Shown here in pieces: positions 52,219-64,000 of a stretch of 64,000 nt of DNA. The notes under the pieces are model-generated. The model was not told the DNA's origin. It made no database searches and was given only the letters and a program-made list of their open reading frames with translations. The DNA is from Tubiluchus corallicola (lineage: Eukaryota > Animalia > Priapulida), in assembly GCA_030141605.1 (NCBI GenBank), contig JAQGDQ010002370.1, positions 337,167 through 401,166 on the forward strand, in the 5' to 3' direction. Made by a program: the position numbers and the translations under genes. How positions within the stretch are numbered: the first letter of the stretch is position 1; each line of letters opens with the position of its first letter.

Positions 52219-55200
52219 GTACCGATCGATATGATCCTACAAGATTCACTTTCCCGAGATATAATTCTATACAAAGCGATCTAACTCAGTATAAAAGCTT
52301 CGTGGAATCTTCTGTGACAGATCTTCAAAGTAAGTAGACCTGATTAAGTAGACACATCTATACGTGTATCAGGCTGACGCAGATAGAATTACGTAACACG
52401 TAATATGTGAATATTTTTAACATTAGTCGATGTACGTGTATAATAGACTTAATTTAGAAGAAAGGTTTTATGCTAAATTCGTTGAATTTAAAATTAAATG
52501 CAAAAGTATGTTTAATATTAATGTTTCCCTTTAATAGTGTACTTAATTTAATATACTTAGTAATACATAAGGATTACACAAATGTTATACACTTCCACAT
52601 GCTTATACATTTCCACGAATGTGTATCTACAGTGCTTATTGTGATGTCCTTAAACATTTTATCATGTTACACGTTTTTCTGCATGTGTAATGACTTGCAT
52701 GCAGTTAAAGGGCTACAGCTTTATACATTTTCGTTAAAATGAAACTTACCGCAAATAAGCCTAGTGTGGTAAAATTTTGGATAAATTCTAAATGCGATTT
52801 ACATATAAAGGGTAACTAGGAAAAGCATATATAGTCTAGTCTCACTTTCAGAAAAGTGGAACATTAGAGGCGCTTTTTTATAAATGGGCAACATAGCCAG
52901 TCTTATCAATTTAACTACACTGAATCCGAAAAACTTGTTGCCATCTCGAAAAATTAGCGGAAAGGGCTAAACGCAAAAAACAACATGGCCGCTAAGTTTT
53001 TGCGCAAACAACGTAAATTAAGAGAAATGTTTACAAAATTAACATTAAGAAGGCAACATGACAGCTATTCCAAGGATCCAGTTGGACGCGAGGAACTCAT
53101 TTCTGTCATTTTCATTTCAAAGATAATTACCGTTTTCAAAATTGCTGCCAAGCAATAATGCCGATCATGCAATTACATTAACTGTTTTATCATAGATTTA
53201 TTAAATAAACAAAAACCAATCAACTGGATCTTCTCGAATCTAGATAGCTGCTACTAGTATGAAAGTAATACAAAGCCATTCAAACAGCCCAATAAGTAAA
53301 AAACAAAACGGCCGACCTTGTGACTCTAAATACTGTTAGACTAATAACTAATAATAAGAAATGAGCAAAAAAGATAATGGCTGTCGCTGACGTGCTTGAC
53401 GTATAGTCCAGCAAAATTGTTCATTTCGTGTAAAGGTTATAAATTTAGCAGAATGCTAGAATGTCAAGGTAACTAATTTTGGATAAAAAATTCTTCAATA
53501 TGGGTGCCATTTTCAAGATGACCAGCACGATGGCTCGCTAGCATGTAGAGGCTATATATCTTAACCATTAGAACAGATGAGAAGACTTTGGTGTCATGCA
53601 GGGGTCAAGCAAGCCATAAATAAAGCTTAAAACACTTAAGCTCTAGTAGCTAAGATACGGCTTTAAAAAATTGGCAACAGCCTTCCATCTTCTTAGCAAT
53701 TTTGAAATCGTGGCAATATTGAATGATTTTCGTCTGGCCTCATATCCAAAATTGATCACTTTGATGGGTTTGAGTTTTATGTAATATAATCTTTATATGC
53801 CAGCGAACCATGTTGGCCATCTTGAAAATAGCGCCCATATTGGAAGACTTTTTATCCAAAATTAATCACCTTGACATTCTAGCATTCCGCGAAATTTTTA
53901 TAACTTTTACACGGCATGCAAAAATTTCCTTTTTGCTCACATCTAAATATTAGTTATTAGTCTAGCAGTATTTAGAGTCAATGTCGAATTAATAAAAATA
54001 ACCTGCCTTATATTTTTATAATAAATCTTTAGGTGAAACAGGTAATATAATTAATCGGCACAATTTATTTTTGTATGGCAGCCATTTTGAAAACCGTGAC
54101 CATTTCTGTAACAAAAATAACAGAAACGGGTTGCAAATTCAATGGAATAGATGTCATCATCACTTCATAATATCAATTTTCAGGGAACTTGTTTTGATTT
54201 ACATTGTGTGCGCAAAAACTTTGCAGCCATTGTATTTTTTGCATTTTTTACCATTTTCCATTAGTTTTTCAAGCCAGCAACAGGTTTTTGCTAAAACTGG
54301 CTATGTTGCCCACTTTTAGAAAAAATGCCTCTAGAAATTTATAGAAGCACCTTTCATGATTTTCTTCTAGTCTAATGGCGGCCATTTTGAAAGCGGTCGT
54401 CATTCTTGAAATGAAAGTTACAGAAATGGGTTCCACGAGTCCAACAGCCTTGGAATAGATGTCATTTAATGTTAATTTTCTAGAAATTTCTTTTAATTTG
54501 CGCACACTTCAGCACAGAACCTCTACTATGACTAAAAACAAAAATCTGCCTCGAAAGAACACTCATTTAGAAGTTAAAAAGAACAGCTTTTAGTTAGCCA
54601 TTCTTAGCACGGAAACGGAGATGGACTATGGAGACGGACGGGATTCAAAAAATCTAATCGATGGACGGGACTCAGGGTTGGCAGTCCTAGCACGTAAGTC
54701 TGACAGCATATGGTAACGTGCTACTCACTGGACCTAACTAGAAGATAAACTGTAGCTGAATGTGACATATTATATTAAGGTGATGTGCTTGCAATTAAGT
54801 GTCCCAGTGGTCCCAATGTGTTCTTCGTTATTGTTCAGTTGGGCATGAGCATGCCGAATCAATCACAATGTCACCTCAGTGCAATCAGAATCATCAGATT
54901 ACAGGCATTTTGTTGTAGGTCTGACCCCAACTTGTACAAACACTACAGAAGAGGCTATGGTTGTATTTCCGGAACGTGGTACAGAAGATTATATAAAACT
55001 AAATAATGTAATCACTACTGATTTGGACGCCATGACAACATGCATGGTAAGCCTCATTTCTGTAAAAAAATCAGATGAACATAAAGTAAGCCGAGGCTGC
55101 TGAAATGATTTTATCCTAGTCATAGTCGTCCACTATGGTTCCGAAGGGTAAAGAGATGAAGACTATAGGTTTTCAACAAATGTTGCTAGCTTCTCACTCA

Positions 55201-58200
55201 TCACTTACTATGTTATACTGTGGGATTACACATAAATCTCAAGGCAAATAATGTTTTACTAAGATGCAATCACACAAATCTCGAATCTTTTTGACAATCT
55301 AGTGAACTGACAGTCTGTTATCTATTTTGTGACTGAACAAATGGACTGTAATGGTTTTATTAATTTAATTTAAATGCTGCATTCGATTATTTTACCTATA
55401 ACCTCGTGAATAAAGACTAGTGGGGCATTATTGCCTATCGCCAGCTATCTCTAATATCACTATAAATGTAATTTTCTAGTGGATGAAAACTGATGTCCCA
55501 TTTACTGGTGATACTGTGGCCAAAGATGACGACATTGCACTTATATCATATGCTACTGGTCCGGCTGATGCATCTAACCAGTTTTTAGTCTTAGTTCGAG
55601 GAAACGACATTCTTGTATTTGTCAATGGAGAACTACAGTGAGATTATACTACGAACTACTAACATAGGATTCTATTTCTTTCACAATAAAACTTTTCCTT
55701 TGATCTTTTTCAGACTTTTCTCAAAACTTCTATACTTTTGTCTCACACAGTTTGTCAAAACTTTTCAAATGTTAAAGTTCTTTCTGACACTTTCTTAGAA
55801 ATGTGAAATTCAAGCAAATGAGTCGTTAATGATGTGTTGATGTACAGCCTAAAATAAAGGTACACCAAGAAAAACTTAACTTTCAAATTGGGCTATAATT
55901 ATGTAATTTTATGATCTATTTGAAAGTAGTATAACAATACCTAGAAATGTATTGAAACATCATTATATTCTAGCTTATTGCTGGCATATGGAGTGTTATT
56001 CCGAACCGAAAAAACCGATCCGAACCGATACCTATTTTTCTCAAAACCAGTATCGAATCGATATATTATTGATTTTCTTTGAAAGTAGATAATGATTTCC
56101 TCAAAACCGATACCGATTAACCGATCATTGATTATTGTTTAGATCAGCTATAAATGCAGATTATTAACATTTGTGTTCACAAGTGGAAAATTGGAAATAT
56201 CTTTCAAAACTGGAGATGTTTACCTGTCCATGTCTAAACATCTTGCTGCTAATGCTATCAAGTAATTACGCAACGAGAGACCTTCACAGTTTTTGTTGAA
56301 ATATGTATAAGCGTTAGTGTTGTTCCGAACCCGAAAAACCCATCCGAACCGACACAGATTTTTTATTTTCCCCGAAACCAATACCAAACCAACACAGATT
56401 TTTTTATTTTCTTCAAAACCGATACCGAACCCGCATTTTTCGCAAATACCGGGAACCGATCTGTCGGAACAACACTTCACTTAGGTATAGAAATTCTATG
56501 GTGTATCGGTTTTTATAAGTGCAATTTGATAGTATAGCACAATAATTTTATCAGTAAGAGCAACAATGGCATACCATGTTCTAATATGATCTTCAGTTTC
56601 CTTGTCGCTAACAAATTACCTATAATATCCATACTACCACACTTGCCGCAGAAATGTCAAGTTTATAATGGAATTCAATTATAAATAAACCGTGAAAGAA
56701 TAGAAATGTTTACCACGTAAATGCTGCAATGACACTTTATTAAATACTAATACACAGTTAACGCTGTTACGTTATTTTACAATGGCAGGACGATTACAGA
56801 TATTGCAGCCAATCTGAGGGACAATGAATGGCATTATGTTTGCATTGGCTGGTCAATGGACGGTTCGTTTTGCGTAACAGTGGATGGAGTAACAGGTCCG
56901 TGCTAACGTACTTCCATTTAGTTTTTTCATTATACTAGACGAATAATTATTTTATTTCCGCCTATTGCTTCTTGCTCCTTAGCTCTTGCTTCTTAAATAA
57001 TACCTCGTACTACACATATGCCATTGAGTTTTCACATTTGGAAATCAATGAAGTAACATGTATAAATTAATTTCAATGAATTTTGTATGCTAAAGATTAA
57101 AAAACATAAACAGTTGAGAGTGATAATAATAATTAATTCAAAAGATATAATTATCCTGTATTTATATTAAAAAATATTGTTACAGTTTGCAACTATTGGA
57201 CTATCCAGTTAGGATAACGTGTTTCTAGTTCAGTTTAATCACGTCCTGTGATCGCTGCAGCTATTCATTCTGTTCTCTCAGTATAGACTGTTGTTTTTGC
57301 AAAGTGAACTCATTTAAGTATTGTCACTTACAAATTATAGCAATGATATTTGCGTGGCAGTGCCTTTGCATTTTGTCTTTTTTGCTACATATTGTACATA
57401 GTTTTAACTAATTATTTAACGATAGAAACAAGTACATTTACTGGAGCTGGCGCAGATTCAATCCAATCAGGCGGATGTCTGATTTTTGGGCAAGACCAAG
57501 ACGATGTGGAAAGCGGCTTTGAAGAACGACAGAGCTTTCGAGGATGTGTTACAGATATTACGATATTTGACAGCAAATTAGAGGAAAATGTAATAGGTAA
57601 ATAAACTAATTATTCAGCTGGAAAAGAGATACTCTTTTATTGTAAAGCTGTTATATTTATCTCAAACTGTTTGTAATTACTGTGGCAGATTTTACTTATA
57701 TACAAAACGATTACTCTTACTATGATATGCAAAATTGATAAAAATTCTGCTCGCATTCATTACGGTTCATGTCACAATGTCGTAAACTGAAAGGCATATC
57801 AAAGTATTAGCATATGAAAATGCAGATTATCAGGGTCGGATTTACTTATAGACTAGACAAGCTGAAGCTGGGGCATTAAATCCGGGAGGGGGCCGGTTCT
57901 GGTAAGGGTAAAGTATAATTATCTTATTACTGTTACAAGTCTTTCCTATGCATATTGTGCACTAGTTTCTAAACAAGCCTTCTATTTTATTCAATAATAT
58001 CTCTGGGTGCGCCCTGAATTATTCTTTTCTAATAACTTCTGAAGATTTATTTTAGTGATGTGACAGAAGCAAGCTAATTATTATTTCAGTTTGACGGCAG
58101 TTTCTGCCCCAGTTGTAGCGAACTGAGCAGTAGACTTTTAAATATCAGTTTATGTATCACCTGAAGATAAACTAGCAGGCTAATTTTTCTAAAAAATTCC

Positions 58201-58873
58201 TAATAATTCTTTAAAATCTTTGCAAAACTTTGTCATTGTTTTTTTTTATTTATGCATTTTTTTTACTAACTACGGTATTTAGAAGTGTCATTATGATATT
58301 CATCATCCTCGGCTTCACTAAAGTGTGCTTAAAACTCTTCCCCTTCTATAGTCGTAATCGATGGTGGTGCATTGGGATGGACCTCACAAGTAGAACAGTC
58401 AAGGGCCTCTCTTATCTAATTAAGTCGGGCCCTGCAGATTATAATCAGTAAAGCTGCAAGTAGAACTGTGGGAAGTGAACGATGTGCATTTAATTAGAAT
58501 AGAATATCATATAAGAATTTATACTTTAGGTAATAGCAAATGTAATTGAAAATTTTCCAAAATCCTCATTTCAGAAGCAATGAGCACGAGTTGTTCAAAT
58601 ACCGGCACTCTGTTCACATGGGGTGATATAACAATGGAGACAGTCAGCGTACAGGAAACCGCGTCAACTTGTCCTAGTGCAGTGTTTACGGAAAGATGCA
58701 CTTTAACAGAAGAACAACTTGAAACTTTAATCAACTTTCTGATCAACTTTGCACAACAAACTGCTTCCTTAATCTGTGATGCCTTTGAAATTTTACAGCA
58801 TATCTATGAATTCTTGGCCCGCATTGCAAAACTATTCAAAAGTGTCATTTCAATGAAAAAGCATTACCATTAA
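52219..58873 (+). CDS. Pentraxin-domain protein A2 (spliced; 5' exons unresolved) with C-terminal helical extension
   Basis: Exons 52219-52329, 54919-55046, 55480-55637, 56789-56895, 57426-57596, 58575-58873; same lengths and phases as A1, no stops. Confidence 0.92.
52980..54505. mobile_element. Foldback element, duplicate of 20750-22290
   Basis: Colinear with the A1 copy. Confidence 0.7.
57831..58434. mobile_element. hAT-superfamily MITE, duplicate of 25694-26287
   Basis: Same termini and same CAGATTAT 8-bp target-site duplication. Confidence 0.85.
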
Positions 58874-59896
58874 GGTGCTACAGTAGCTATACAGAAAAGT
58901 ACGAATGCAAGAATAAAAATCTCGATAGGTAGGTTGGGACTGATAAGTTTTTCCTCAATAAAAAATTACATTAAATAGGCCTGTCTATTAGACTGCCTGC
59001 AGCATTGCGTTGTCTTTTCTGCCCAATTACAGTTTTAGCAAATTGGTTTGATTTAATGTTGAAACACATCTGCATAAAAGCTAATATAACAAAGAAATTC
59101 ATTTTAAACATAAATGTTACTAGGTTAATACAGCATTACTAAAATCAAACACAAAAATTTCATGATAATTCTTTTATTATTTTGTTGCAGTGTGAAACTT
59201 TATTTAAATTATAAAAGTCATTAACCATTATTGCTGTACACTTAATTAATTTGAAAAATTAAATAAATATTACCTCTAAGTTTATTAAACGCTGAAGACA
59301 AAATATGATTAGATGTCAAAATATAGTTTAGACATTTGTGATAACCATCTTATATTTAAAAATTGATTAAAAGCTTTGTACAGGCAAAAATAAGTTGCTT
59401 TAGTTTTGTCGGTGAGGTAACTGGAATCTCTGGTGCATTTAACAATTTGCACACACATGTGGTAAGTCACACAATTTTACACAAATTACATCACAGCATT
59501 ACAAACACCACAGATGACCAAAAATAATCTTGGAATATATCAAATAAGAAGGCAAGCAATTTATTTACTAAACTACAGTTGTACCGAAACTATAGGAGTC
59601 CTGTATGGTGTTCCATTACTGGCTGTATAAACAATAATACAGTGTATACTCCTGATCAAATCTATGATCTAAAAATAGAATGCTATTCACAACTTTCTGG
59701 GTTAAAAATGCACAGCAAATAGAGATTATAATTAACATTTCTGGTTAAATTTATGAAAACTATATTTTACCTAGATCAGAAGTTACTGACCAATTTTGCA
59801 ATGATCATAATTGTTTTAATATTACTATTGTAAGTTGTGACTCACAAAAACATTTTAGATAAACCCATACTAACTTATTTGAGCCTGCAATTTCTC

Positions 59897-60097
59897 AAAC
59901 ATGCTTTATTTAGGACAAACATGCCTCATGGCATTTCTGCAAATGAATGTATTGATAGCAATTTTAGTGGCTACCCACATCTACTACTCAACACAACAAA
60001 CATGCTTTATTTAGGACTAACATACCTCATGGCATTTCTGCAAATGAATGCAATGATAGTAATTTTAGTGGCTACCCACATCTACTACTCAACACAA
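59897..60097 (+). repeat. ~100-bp tandem duplication specific to the A2 segment
   Basis: AAACATGCTTTATTTAGGAC...CTACTACTCAACACA occurs twice here and once at 27741-27840. Confidence 0.9.
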
Positions 60098-60147
60098 AGC
60101 CAAAGAAAAGAGCAGTGAGTATCAGTCTTCTTTTCCTTTCAAACCTG

Positions 60148-60312
60148 ACATTAAGTCAGTACACCTGGTCTGCTCAGGCTCAAAACTGTCATCGGTAGAG
60201 TGCAGAGAACCACAGAATAGAAATTTACATTGTATATTACTATTCTGTGGTTCTCTGCACTTTACCGATGACAGTTTTGAGACTGAGTAGACCAGGTGTA
60301 CTGACTTAATGT
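60148..60312. repeat. Near-perfect palindrome, 73-bp arms with a 19-bp loop
   Basis: 60148-60220 is the reverse complement of 60240-60312 with about 3 mismatches. Confidence 0.95.
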
Positions 60313-60990
60313 ACGACGTAAATTTCTATTCTGTGCAAGGAAGTGTAATGCTGCCTCGGTGCACAGTTATTTTTCCGTTGATCACATCTAAAAATCTACT
60401 GTTCTCCTACAATTTTTTTCTTGCGGAGGATAAATTTTATGGTTACACCTCCTACAATGGACAGGCTTTGTTATAGGTTCAAACTAATTTTATCCTTCGG
60501 GAAACATACACGTGGACAAACTCGCACTTGTCAGAAGCATAATTTAAGTGACATAAAGCACCTGGTGGTAAGACATTCAAAAAGCAGGAATGATCAGAAA
60601 TTTTGTCAGTTTCACTGTTTAAATGGTCAAACTAATTTGTCAAACTAAAAGTTTGTCAGTTTATTGCTTACACAGTACGATATATAAGTGACTTTAGCTA
60701 AACGTTTTGTATGCTATACCTCATTACTAATATCTTTTCCATCTATCGCACATTGAAGTAGGTGCAAACAAATCTATGATTTGAACTTAAGATTAAACAT
60801 GCCTTCAGTGCTGCTTTAATAAATAGTAATATTTTGCATTTTTCTAGGAACATTAAGTGGCTTTTGTTAACCTGTCTGAACTGTTTTAATACTCTTATAC
60901 ATTTTACAATAAAGTAACATTATGAACAGAGAGAGTTTGGTTTTCAGCACCAGGAATAATAAGAGAATCAATTTGAACTAAAGTACATAC

Positions 60991-61226
60991 ATGCCTTAAG
61001 GCTGTCCTCCACGCTTCAGTTTTACCTACATAATCATCATAGATAGTTTTTGTATTACTGCCATAATAATTTCCTGTATCTCCCAGTTTGTCAGACATTT
61101 CCTTGCCCTGTTCGATCTCCAACATTTTGTAGCTGTGATCAATTGATTGCAAATACTGAACGAAGCCACGGCAAAGAAAGTGTGCAACTTCTCTCATTAA
61201 CAAGTCTCTCCTTGATAATCCCTTAG
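60991..61226 (-). CDS. Candidate internal exon of an unidentified gene
   Basis: Strong acceptor (tcctgttttttatgcag), open 236-nt frame KGLSRRDLLMREVAHFLCRGFVQYL...EAWRTALRH, donor gtatgt. No family recognised. Confidence 0.45.
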
Positions 61227-61366
61227 CTGCATAAAAAACAGGAAAGATGTACCACTGATTCAATTAATTTATACTGATTAAGGTCAAATATCTAAATTTA
61301 TTGAAAAGTTAAATAATGGCCAGCATTAAAACAAAGATATAACATTTTATCGATTTATTGGTAGAG

Positions 61367-61405
61367 ATTATTATTATTGTTATTATTATTATTATTATTA
61401 TTATT
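61367..61405. repeat. (TAT)n microsatellite
   Basis: Directly visible. Confidence 0.9.
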
Positions 61406-62532
61406 AACATCATTTATTTTAGAACATACACACACATGTACTGTTACATACGTGGTTCAACTAAAAAAAGTAGACTGGTAGCAAAAGTAAAATAAATATC
61501 TTGTGGCCCGAATAATTAATAGGTAATAATGACTTAGAGTTCTCATAATAAAATTTCAAAAAATGTAATACACAATCTTTTTCATTTTAAAACTATTCAC
61601 TCTGAATCAGCTGCAAATTCTACTTTTGCAATGAATTAAGTAAGCGTCTCAACTTGTCTCAAACATCAAGAATGAGATTAATAAAATTTACTCATAATTC
61701 TCAATAAATAACAAATAGTTCTCAATTCCCAATTTATGAATGCATGAAATTTCATTTTGCATAAGCAATTAATTTATTTTTATTTAAATTAAATAGACTA
61801 GTGATAGAAAGAACCTTTATTTTGCCTAATGAAGCCGATACTGAACCTTTCATTTTAGTAGAGATAAAACATTGTTGGCAGAGCCCAAAAGAGTCGAATC
61901 ACAAGCAGTGTCGAATCAAATAAAAAACAAAATTGCTTTGCTTATAGGTCATACTGAAAAAAATATACGTGATTTGAAGGAGTTTTTCCTTTTGGTCTTA
62001 ATGCCATATTTTAACCTTATAAAAGCAAATTTGAAGTCCACAAAAAGCAGAACTTTGAAAGTAGCTATGTTATATGGCTGTATGGTATACAAGTCTTTTT
62101 CAACGTCGCACTTTTGCGACTGCATGTGTTGTTGCAGTCTACTGCAAGTTATCGCTGCCCCAAACCCCTTCACTATGTTGTTGCTTTTTAACTGGGCCAC
62201 ATTGACTTTTGCAGATTTGACAATAACTTCTTATGGTGTGTTACTAAAACAGAATCTTGTAAATAAACAAATAGTTGTTTGTTACTGAGTACTAATATTA
62301 ACTATTAGTTTTATTTCAACACATGTACACACATGCTAGCACACATACTTGCACTCACACACATACACACATGCACACCATCATAAATAAGTATGTAGTT
62401 AGAAACCAGTTTTCACCAAAGACACAATACTATTTCATAATATGCAATCATTTTACAAGAATGCAGAACAATCAGCCAAACAAACATTTCATCAATGATT
62501 TACAAGTGATTACATTAGTGACAAGAGCATAC

Positions 62533-62806
62533 CATACAGTACAGTATCGTGGAATGCACCTGGCTTCAGACACTGATTAACTGGTAGCGTTACTTGTTGC
62601 GAAGCAACCCCAATCCCACGGCTGTAAAACTTTTCTACAAAGTTTTTGCAAGGCCGTAGCACTGAAATAAACAGATCTGTGTGACTGCGCTTAGTGCTGA
62701 GCTTGGGCGGCAGTCTATCGCCTTTCGTCCTTTGCATGAAAAACATAGGAGGCACTGTACCGCCTTCCATAGTGAAAGGGTTAAGATTCTGAATTGTGAC
62801 CAAAAC
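62533..62806 (-). CDS. Candidate exon of the same unidentified gene
   Basis: Acceptor ..cacttgcag, open frame LVTIQNLNPFTMEGGTVPPMFF...FHDTVLY, phase-1 donor g|gtatgc compatible with the phase-1 start at 61226. Confidence 0.35.
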
Positions 62807-64000
62807 TGCAAGTGCTGACTGTGAAAAATCTTTGCTGACTTGATTTTTGTGATCTCAAGATCATAATTTTGCTATTGCTGAATTCTCCATGCTTGATTAC
62901 CTAGAAAATCCATTTTTCTGCGACCCTATTTTAACACTGTCGCCTATATCACATGACCTGGTCACAGCACTTTTCAAAATTTTCTTAGCACATATCTATG
63001 CTCGACAGCTTACCCATAAGGCAATAACATAGGCTTCTAATCAATACTGTCAGTGGTGTTGAGCGACAAAGTCAGTTGCCCTAATTTTCACATTTTGGGT
63101 CCTACTGCTGTGAAGTTTAACCCAGAGGTCACCATTCCCATACCGCTCTGTGTCTACCTTAGTTAGGTGCCTACCCTGCAAGTTTCTTTATTCTAGCTTG
63201 TATACTTATGGAGTTATTGACCAAACCCCATTTTAACACTTTTGCACATATCACTTCTGTCTCCCACCCTCAGGTGACTACCCACCAACTTTGGTGACTC
63301 GCGGTACCATCGCTTTGGAGAAATAAATAAAGAAACGGTTGATTTCCAATATCGCAGAATGTTAACTGTGTTAATTAACGAATCGGGTCCATCGCGCAAG
63401 AGCTGCTAGTCGAAGTGAGACAAACAGGAGGGGTAAAATGTCATTGCTGAGCAAAATCAAACAAACCGATTCGGCAGTTTGATTCGGTTTCATCATTTCA
63501 GCCACTAAAATGCAAGTCATTATTATCATTTGACTTTTGATGCCTTTACTTGCATGATTTTGTTTTGCACTGGCATTTGTATTCATTGGCTGTTTTGTTT
63601 TTTATTATTTACGTTTGTTATTTTAAAAGAAAGTGTAAAATTATGAAATTTTGCACCAAGTAGTCAAAATGTTACAATATGATCCCTTTGCTGCCCCTCC
63701 TGTTTCCCAAGTTCATATTACAAATTTAATGTAAATTGTTGGATTTTAGAAAAGAATAAATTATTCAATTTCAATTTCAACAATATTACAGAGCCTTGAT
63801 GTTATTCTGGAACACTGCATATTAAGTGTAAATATGAAATAAACCAAAACTAAGAAAACTCCCTGCATGAAGTAAAAAAGTTTTTAAAGTGGCATAACGT
63901 TTTCGAAAAATTTACCTTGTAGCTTTTGCAAAACATTAATGCAAGTTTTCTCTGCCTGGCCACCACCTGGCAACAATATACCACTTGTGCTGACATTTCT

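Overview
AT-rich eukaryotic (probably invertebrate animal) genomic DNA with spliced genes and many transposon remnants; nothing prokaryotic and no CRISPR. Reading GT-AG exons by eye reveals a pentraxin-domain gene cluster that the ORF track only shows in fragments. It has two near-identical intact-looking copies (A1 ~20.0-26.7 kb, A2 ~52.2-58.9 kb), a divergent paralog B (32.5-46.6 kb, damaged near its 3' end), an inverted partial copy of B (14.5-17.1 kb), and a relic C (5.3-12.9 kb) whose middle is occupied by a Ty3/Gypsy element. The proteins carry a ~60-65 aa amphipathic, basic-tipped helical tail after the pentraxin domain, plus an N-terminal helix; B and C also show a signal peptide followed by a basic peptide. 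The region 13.3-28.0 kb is a rearranged (deletion-inversion-deletion) copy of 29.4-60.3 kb that ends inside a 73-bp-arm palindrome. Also present are CR1-like and RTE-X-like LINE fragments, several MITE/foldback elements, a 47-bp x ~30 minisatellite born inside a composite Helentron-like element, a 42-bp minisatellite, microsatellites and candidate exons of an unidentified minus-strand gene. All alignments and counts were done by eye, so boundaries of repeats are approximate.
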